Both the position numbers and the translations under genes were made by a program. This document shows, in pieces, positions 26,453 to 32,000 of a DNA stretch of 32,000 bases; the stretch's first letter is position 1, and every line of letters begins with the position of its first letter. The stretch comes from Thermodesulfobacteriota bacterium (lineage in GTDB: Bacteria > Desulfobacterota > WTBG01 > JAGOGO01), in contig CP113000.1 of NCBI GenBank assembly GCA_026625185.1, positions 1,995,622-2,027,621 on the forward strand, read 5' to 3'. Under the pieces are notes generated by a model that did no database searches, was not told the origin of the DNA, and was given only the letters and a program-made list of their open reading frames with translations.

Positions 26453-28528
26453 TCATTCGGTAATAATCTTTGCAAAATCAGCCACACCCCGGAAAAGCGC
26501 AGCAACCTTGCCTAATAAAGCCAGTCGGTTTGCCTTTACCGCCTGATCCTCGCACATGACCATGACGCCGTCAAAAAAATTATCCACCGCAGGCTTTAAA
26601 TTTGCCAGACGTTTTAATGCTGCCGGGTAATCCCGGGTTTCGATGAGGTGATGAATTTTTATTGCACCTTTTTGGTAAGAATCATACAGGTTTTTTTCCG
26701 CTTCCTCGGTCAGTAACGAAGGATTGACATCCTCATAGGCATGGGAAGCGATGATATTCACTACCCGTTTGAAGGTGATCGCCAGGGGCTGAAAGTCCGG
26801 TTGTTTTTTTAATTCCTGTATGGCTTTGATTCGTTCGAACACCTCAACCAGGTCTACAAAACCTGCCGATGAAGCTGCCTCGACTACATCATGATCAAAA
26901 CCTTGCGCGGTGAGCCGGTTAAGGAACCGGACGCGGATGAATTCCAACACCTCATCTTGGATCGCATCCAGACTGCGGTTTGTTTTCGCGGCAAAAAGGT
27001 TGATGCTGCGGCTGAGAAGGTCAGGCAGAAGAAGATGAAAAGATTTTTCAAGGATGATATTGATAATGCCTAACGCATGCCGTCTGAGGGCATAGGGATC
27101 CGCGGTTCCGGTAGGAACAAGTCCGATGCTGAAACAGCCGACGATGTTATCCGTTTTTTCCGCGATACTTAAAAGCGAGCCGATAACCGATGCGGGGAGG
27201 ATCCCTTTTCGGGTCGTGGGAAGGTAATGTTCATACAGCGCCTGGGCGACGTCCGGGTCCTCACCCTCTAAGAGGGCGTATTCCCGGCCCATTGTTCCTT
27301 GTAGGGAAGGAAACTCGCCCACCATGGCGGTTAAAAGGTCGGTTTTACAGAGCAGAGCCGCCCGCTGTGTTTTCTGAGCAAGCGCGGGGTTTACCGCTTG
27401 CACAAGATGAGAAGTGATTTCCGTGAGCCTTGCCACCTTGTCATACAGGGAGCCAAGTTTAACCTGATACACAACGTGCTTTAACGCGTCCACCCGGTCA
27501 AAGAGAGTTTTTTTACGGTCTTCCCGAAAGAAAAACCGGGCATCAGTAAGCCGGGCCGAAAGAACCCGCTCGTTTCCTTTAATCACGACCTGAGGATCGC
27601 GCGCCCGGTTGTTGGAAACCACAATGAAATAGGGAAGGAGCGCGTCGTGTGCGTCAATGAGTGCGAAGTATTTTTGATGCTCGCGCATTGAGCTGATGAG
27701 CACATCGCGCGGCAATTCCAGAAATGCGGGAGCGAAAGAGCCTCGCAGGGTAACCGGATACTCGATCAAGTTGACCACCTCATCCAGAAGATCTTCATCG
27801 GCCAGTACTTTTCCGCCCACTTCTTCAGCTAGCCGCTGTGCATCTCTTTGTATGCTTGCCTTTCTTTTTTCGATCTCCGGCATTACGAAATTTTCTTCAC
27901 TTTGCTGGAGATAGGACGCAACATCTTGAACAGTAAAAGGCTGGTTGCTCAGAAAGCGATGCCCCCATGATTGATTTGAGCTTTTCACCGTATCAATACT
28001 CAGGGGAATAATCGTGTTATTAAACAGGGCGAGAATCCATTTGATCGGCCGGACAAACCGCACATCAGAATTTGCCCAGCGCATTGACTTGGGAAAAGGG
28101 ATGGCAGAAATAACTTTTTCTAAAAACTCCGGTAGAAGAGAAATTGTTTCTTTTCCGCTAATTTTTTTGGTTACCTGAATATATCTCCCCTTGGGTGTAT
28201 CCACGACCCCAAGGTCCGAGAGGGCTACTCCCTGCCGAAGGGCGAAACTTTCTGCGGCTTTGGTAGGATTGCCGTTCGCGTCAAAAGCTACTTTTGCCGG
28301 GGGGCCCACGGTATCGACAACCGTATCAGCTTGTTTTTCTGCCATGCCCTCAGCGCATAGGACTAAACGCCGGGGTGTGCCGAAGGTAAAAATATTTTCA
28401 CAATGAATCCTTTGAGTTTCCAGCTCGGTTTGGAGGAGGTTTTTCATCCCTTCAAGAGCGGGGGATAAAAATCCGGCTGGGATTTCTTCAGTGCCGATTT
28501 CTAATAAGAGTTCTCCGGTCATCACCAT
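26453..28528 (-). CDS. glyS: glycine--tRNA ligase beta subunit
   Basis: 691 aa. N-terminal LLLEIGTEEIP, later motifs (F.TPRRL, ..MRW, GTADPYALRR) are typical of GlyS. Confidence 0.96.
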   Translation of the reverse strand: MVMTGELLLEIGTEEIPAGFLSPALEGMKNLLQTELETQRIHCENIFTFGTPRRLVLCAEGMAEKQADTVVDTVGPPAKVAFDANGNPTKAAESFALRQGVALSDLGVVDTPKGRYIQVTKKISGKETISLLPEFLEKVISAIPFPKSMRWANSDVRFVRPIKWILALFNNTIIPLSIDTVKSSNQSWGHRFLSNQPFTVQDVASYLQQSEENFVMPEIEKRKASIQRDAQRLAEEVGGKVLADEDLLDEVVNLIEYPVTLRGSFAPAFLELPRDVLISSMREHQKYFALIDAHDALLPYFIVVSNNRARDPQVVIKGNERVLSARLTDARFFFREDRKKTLFDRVDALKHVVYQVKLGSLYDKVARLTEITSHLVQAVNPALAQKTQRAALLCKTDLLTAMVGEFPSLQGTMGREYALLEGEDPDVAQALYEHYLPTTRKGILPASVIGSLLSIAEKTDNIVGCFSIGLVPTGTADPYALRRHALGIINIILEKSFHLLLPDLLSRSINLFAAKTNRSLDAIQDEVLEFIRVRFLNRLTAQGFDHDVVEAASSAGFVDLVEVFERIKAIQELKKQPDFQPLAITFKRVVNIIASHAYEDVNPSLLTEEAEKNLYDSYQKGAIKIHHLIETRDYPAALKRLANLKPAVDNFFDGVMVMCEDQAVKANRLALLGKVAALFRGVADFAKIITE

Positions 28529-28673
28529 ATCTGCTTCAAAAAGCTTTTTGTTTAGTTAAATAAAAACCATCCGGTTAAATTCTTCGGTCCTGTTACCATT
28601 AGGCTTGCTTGAAGGGCTCTAACAAATACGGAGCCTTGTGATGTCCTGCTTTCGCGGGCTGCAATTATGTAAA

Positions 28674-28702
28674 GCTATAAAATTATTGAGTAAATAAGTC
28701 AA
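28674..28702 (-). promoter_or_regulatory. candidate promoter for glyS (minus strand)
   Basis: On the minus strand: TTGACT (28702-28697), 17 nt spacer, TATAGC (28679-28674). A second candidate is TTGAAA (28750-28745), 17 nt, TATAAC (28727-28722). Confidence 0.3.
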
Positions 28703-28720
28703 CAAAAATTAAAGTATATC

Positions 28721-28729
28721 TGTTATAAT
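28721..28729 (+). promoter_or_regulatory. candidate extended -10 promoter (TGtTATAAT) for the inserted radical SAM gene
   Basis: TG-n-TATAAT lies 59 nt upstream of ATG 28788 in an AT-rich divergent spacer. It overlaps a minus-strand -10 candidate. Confidence 0.3.
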
Positions 28730-28787
28730 ATAAAGAATCGGTATTTTCAATAAAAGAGATTATTTAAATTATTTTTTTTAAAAACCA

Positions 28788-30461
28788 ATGAAGGTCCTTC
28801 TTATTCAACCGCCTATCCAGGATTTTTACGGGACCGCGATACGGACCCAGCCGATCGGGCTGGCGTATCTTGCGGCTTCCCTTCAAGCCCACGGTCACGA
28901 GGTTGAAATCTTCGACTGCCGGGCGGGAAAGAAAAAGATGATTCCTATTCCGGCGGAACTTTCCTATCTTCTTAATTTTTATCCCTTTAATGATCAAAGC
29001 CCCTTTAAACTTTATTCCGGCTATTATCATTTTGGCCGAGGATGGGAAGAGATTAGAGAAAAAATTAAGGATTCTCGCGCTGATGTGTTTGGAATTTCTG
29101 CTTCCTTTAGCCCGTATCTTCGAGAGGCCTTGGAGGTTGCCCGGATAATTAAAGAATGGGATCAGAGGAAAATCGTGGTAATGGGAGGGGCTCACGTAAA
29201 CGGCGATCCTGAGGGAATGTTAAAAAATCCTTTTGTTGATTACCTTGTTTTAGGCGAGGGAGAAGTTCGGTTTTCAAAGCTTTTGGATCAGATTGAAAAA
29301 AAAGGAATAAAAAAAATTGGGGATTACGATGGGATCGGCTTCCGCATTAACGGCGAACTGCGGATTAATCCGGTGAAGACTTTTATTGGGGAACTTGACC
29401 TCCTTCCTTATCCGGCAAGGCAACTCCTAGATCCGGATTGCTACCGCATAAAAAGGAAACGATCAACCATGATCATAACCAGCCGGGGCTGTCCTCATGG
29501 ATGCGCCTACTGTTCAGCTCATCTGGTTATGGGCACTGCTTTTAGGAAACGGTCTCCTGAAAATATTATTCAAGAGATGAGGGAGTGCCGGGAAAAATTT
29601 GATATTCAAACTTTTGATATTGAAGATGATAATTTTACCTTTGATATTAAACGGGCAAAACAGCTGCTCGGCCTGATTATTGAAACTTTTGGGGAAGAGA
29701 CCCTTGAACTTTCCGCCATGAACGGGGTCTCTTTCGCGGCATTGGATGGGGAACTGCTCGGCTTGATGAAAAGAGCGGGCTTTAAAACAATCAACCTCTC
29801 GTTTGTGAGCGCCGATACTTTAACCAGGGAGAGAATGAAGCGGCCCAGCGGGTTAATCGATTTTGATTCAATTGTAAGTGAGGCAGGAAAGACAGGCTTA
29901 CAGGTTATTGGCTACGCGATATTAGGAATGCCCGGTCAAACCCTTTACGAGATGGTAGAAACAATCATCCACCTGATGGGGCAAAGGGTGCTTATCGGGC
30001 CGAGCATTTACTATCCTACTCCGGGTACTCCTCTTTTTGAGGTCTGTAAAAAAGAAGGCTTGCTTCCGCCGCATCCCCTTCAGTGGCGTTCCAGCGCTTT
30101 TCCCCTTGAGACAAAAGATTTCACCCGCCTTGATCTGGTAACCCTTTTCCGCCTCACCCGGGTGATTAATTTTATTAAAGGAAAGATGGCTGAGAAAGAA
30201 ATTGATGACGGAATGACAATGAAGGAGGTAGGACAATTTCTTGAAGATAGAAAAAAACTTAAACTTGTTTCAGGTGATAATTATAATCAGCCCTCCTGGA
30301 TGGATTTACTCCGGTTGCTTTTTAAGGAACAGTCTTTTTTTAGCCTGAAAAAGGTGTCAAAAGGAAATTTTCTCGTGAATAATGAAGAAACCTCAAAAAA
30401 AGTCTTGGATTGTTTTTTTGAGAAAGGGGGAAAAAGCCCAATTCTCAAGAATACGGTATAA
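28788..30461 (+). CDS. radical SAM protein with N-terminal B12-binding-like domain (557 aa)
   Basis: MKVLLIQPP...QPIGLAYLAASLQAHGHEVEIFD N-terminus, GGAH and CxxxCxxC in SRGCPHGCAYC, followed by IEDDNF. No obvious SD is present. Confidence 0.87.
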   Translation: MKVLLIQPPIQDFYGTAIRTQPIGLAYLAASLQAHGHEVEIFDCRAGKKKMIPIPAELSYLLNFYPFNDQSPFKLYSGYYHFGRGWEEIREKIKDSRADVFGISASFSPYLREALEVARIIKEWDQRKIVVMGGAHVNGDPEGMLKNPFVDYLVLGEGEVRFSKLLDQIEKKGIKKIGDYDGIGFRINGELRINPVKTFIGELDLLPYPARQLLDPDCYRIKRKRSTMIITSRGCPHGCAYCSAHLVMGTAFRKRSPENIIQEMRECREKFDIQTFDIEDDNFTFDIKRAKQLLGLIIETFGEETLELSAMNGVSFAALDGELLGLMKRAGFKTINLSFVSADTLTRERMKRPSGLIDFDSIVSEAGKTGLQVIGYAILGMPGQTLYEMVETIIHLMGQRVLIGPSIYYPTPGTPLFEVCKKEGLLPPHPLQWRSSAFPLETKDFTRLDLVTLFRLTRVINFIKGKMAEKEIDDGMTMKEVGQFLEDRKKLKLVSGDNYNQPSWMDLLRLLFKEQSFFSLKKVSKGNFLVNNEETSKKVLDCFFEKGGKSPILKNTV

Positions 30462-30482
30462 TAAAATCCTTGGTGTGAGAGG

Positions 30483-30510
30483 GTAGGGGCACGTTGCAAC
30501 GTGCCCCTAC
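30483..30510. terminator. REP-like GTAG-headed palindrome acting as a likely terminator between convergent genes
   Basis: GTAGGGGCACG-ttgcaa-CGTGCCCCTAC (11-bp arms) followed on the + strand by AAATTTTT. It lies 21 nt after the rSAM stop and 6 nt from the glyQ stop. Confidence 0.65.
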
Positions 30511-30516
30511 AAATTT

Positions 30517-31389
30517 TTAACCTTTTTTCAGAAGAGGATACCCCATCTCCTCACGCTGCTTCACGTATCCTTCGGCGCAAACACGAGCCAGGTTGCGGAC
30601 CCGGCCGATGTAGCCGACCCGCTCAGTGACGCTGATGGCTTTGCGCGCATCGAGTAGATTAAAGGTATGAGAGCACTTCAGACAATAATCATAGGCCGGA
30701 AGGATAAGACCCCTTTTGCTCATGCGGAGCGATTCCTGCTCGTACATGTCAAATAATTTAAAAAGCATGTCAATATCCGCTTCTTCGAAGTTGTAGCAGG
30801 AAAATTCTACCTCACTTTGGTGGTGGATGTCACGGTAACGAATTTCTTTGACCCAATCAATGTCATAAACATTGTCTTTCCCCTGAAGGTACATGGCAAT
30901 CCGCTCCAGACCATAGGTAATCTCAACCGAAATGGGTTTCAGGTCAATCCCGCCAGCCTGCTGGAAGTACGTGAACTGAGTTATCTCCATGCCGTCGAGC
31001 CAGACCTCCCAGCCCAAACCCCAGGCGCCCAGGGTTGGAGACTCCCAGTCATCCTCCACAAACCGGATATCATGATCCTGCGAGTTGATTCCTAACGTCG
31101 CCAGACTTTTTAAATAAATATCCTGGATATCACGCGGAGATGGTTTCATGATGACCTGAAACTGATAGTAATGCTGGAGCCGATTCGGGTTATCACCGTA
31201 GCGCCCATCATTAGGGCGACGGGATGGCTCAACGTAAGCTACATTCCAAGGCTCCGGTCCAAGGACTCGGAGGAAGGTCGCCGGGTTAAAGGTGCCCGCG
31301 CCCACTTCGATATCATAAGGCTGCTGAAGCACACAGTGTTGTTTTGCCCAAAAATTTTGCAGCGCCAAGATCAGTTCTTGAAAATTCAT
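30517..31389 (-). CDS. glyQ: glycine--tRNA ligase alpha subunit
   Basis: [16 protein letters not shown]...QPYD.EVGAGT.NPATFLR is near-canonical GlyQ. 290 aa. SD GGAAGGAG lies upstream. Confidence 0.98.
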   Translation of the reverse strand: MNFQELILALQNFWAKQHCVLQQPYDIEVGAGTFNPATFLRVLGPEPWNVAYVEPSRRPNDGRYGDNPNRLQHYYQFQVIMKPSPRDIQDIYLKSLATLGINSQDHDIRFVEDDWESPTLGAWGLGWEVWLDGMEITQFTYFQQAGGIDLKPISVEITYGLERIAMYLQGKDNVYDIDWVKEIRYRDIHHQSEVEFSCYNFEEADIDMLFKLFDMYEQESLRMSKRGLILPAYDYCLKCSHTFNLLDARKAISVTERVGYIGRVRNLARVCAEGYVKQREEMGYPLLKKG

Positions 31390-31406
31390 TGATCGCTCCT
31401 TCCGAT

Positions 31407-31448
31407 TTTTCTGATTTCTGTCTCCTGTCTCCTGACTTCTGTATCCTG
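31407..31448 (-). repeat. six-unit 7-nt tandem array (sense strand CAGGATA CAGAAGT CAGGAGA CAGGAGA CAGAAAT CAGAAAA) in the recO-glyQ spacer
   Basis: CTG recurs on the + strand at 31411, 31418, 31425, 31432, 31439 and 31446, an exact 7-nt period. It shares the 14-mer ACAGAAGTCAGGAG with 10141-10154. Confidence 0.75.
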
Positions 31449-31450
31449 TA

Positions 31451-32000
31451 TTATCCTCTTATTTTCTCCAAAAACTTTAAGCTTTTTAGTTCTTTTCCCA
31501 AATGGTATTGCACAAAGTGTGGCATAATCTCACGGCTTTCTTCCAAAGCCTGGGAAGAAAAGTTCAGCCGCTCAATTTTATCAAGGGTTAAATTTCCTGC
31601 CTGTTCTAATAATTTTAATGTTCCTAAAGAAACAGGATGTAAATTATTTTTATTTAAAGCACATGAGGGACACACGACTCCTCCGCGGGGAATATTAAAC
31701 CAGAAACGCGGTCCTTTTTCCAGCTTTTGTTTGCAGTCAAGGCAATGGGTGAGGGTAGGACGAAAACCCGATGCCACCAGGAAGCGCATTTCGAAAATTC
31801 GGAGATAATCTTCCTTAAACGGCGAAGAATCAATCAGGGAGAGAAGTTTGATTAATGTGTGGAACAGTTCCCGGTGGGCAACCCGTTCCGCGGTCATCTC
31901 ATTTATGAGCTCCGCCATATAGCTTCCATAGCTCATGCTCGTAATATCTTTATGAAGGGAGGGGAACGATTGTTTTAAATGGCAATGATTAATCCTTACC
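31451..32000 (-). CDS. recO: DNA repair protein RecO, C-terminal part (5' end outside window)
   Basis: The frame is open to the window edge. Zinc-finger pattern CLDC...(x19)...CPSC and a RecO-like C-terminal helical region are present. Position upstream of glyQ fits. Confidence 0.85.
   Translation of the reverse strand, partial: VRINHCHLKQSFPSLHKDITSMSYGSYMAELINEMTAERVAHRELFHTLIKLLSLIDSSPFKEDYLRIFEMRFLVASGFRPTLTHCLDCKQKLEKGPRFWFNIPRGGVVCPSCALNKNNLHPVSLGTLKLLEQAGNLTLDKIERLNFSSQALEESREIMPHFVQYHLGKELKSLKFLEKIRG

Noticed and set aside
28529-28787. T-box or other leader RNA upstream of glyS, or in the glyQ spacer at 31390-31450
   Set aside because: I could find no specifier-loop/T-box consensus (AAUUAGGGUGGNACCGCG-like) and no terminator/antiterminator pair. 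The glyQ spacer is fully accounted for by the heptamer array and the SD.
28764-29195. 143-aa minus-strand ORF overlapping the 5' end of the inserted radical SAM gene
   Set aside because: The opposite-strand frame encodes a clean B12-domain rSAM N-terminus. The minus ORF starts inside that gene and has no recognisable features.
31344-31808. 154-aa + strand ORF spanning the glyQ start, the heptamer spacer and recO
   Set aside because: It is antisense to two well-supported genes and reads through a tandem-repeat spacer. It has no SD and a Ser/Phe/Leu-rich composition typical of shadow ORFs.

Overview
The window has three parts.

(1) Positions 1-14518, all on the + strand, hold the distal part of a classical dcw cell-wall/division cluster: murE (5' end outside the window), murF, mraY, murD, ftsW, murG, murC, murB, ddl, ftsQ, ftsA, ftsZ. 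It carries two non-canonical insertions. One is a 450-bp spacer with two small Cys-rich ORFs between murE and murF. The other is a stand-alone CheY-like receiver gene between murF and mraY.

(2) Positions ~14.6-23.6 kb are a mosaic, accessory-looking stretch. In order it contains:
- a radical SAM gene directly after ftsZ;
- an ACS-type MFS transporter bracketed by two copies of a ~105-125-nt repeat;
- a 52-aa basic protein missing from the ORF track;
- a repeat-rich structured intergenic region;
- an MBL-fold hydrolase;
- a transposase 3' fragment;
- a minus-strand pair made of a tryptophanase-family PLP lyase and a B12-domain-type radical SAM enzyme.

(3) Positions 23.6-32 kb are a minus-strand housekeeping block, ppdK-glyS-glyQ-recO (recO runs off the window). 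Here glyQ and glyS are split by a 2-kb insertion carrying a third radical SAM gene on the opposite strand.

Small repeats are conspicuous. These include GTAG-headed GC-rich palindromes (REP-like) and 7-nt periodic CAGRAGW arrays in two operon-internal spacers.

I saw no rRNA, tRNA, CRISPR array or intact mobile element. Protein calls come from motif-level recognition by eye. No database search was run. All promoter, terminator and RNA-structure calls are unverified predictions.
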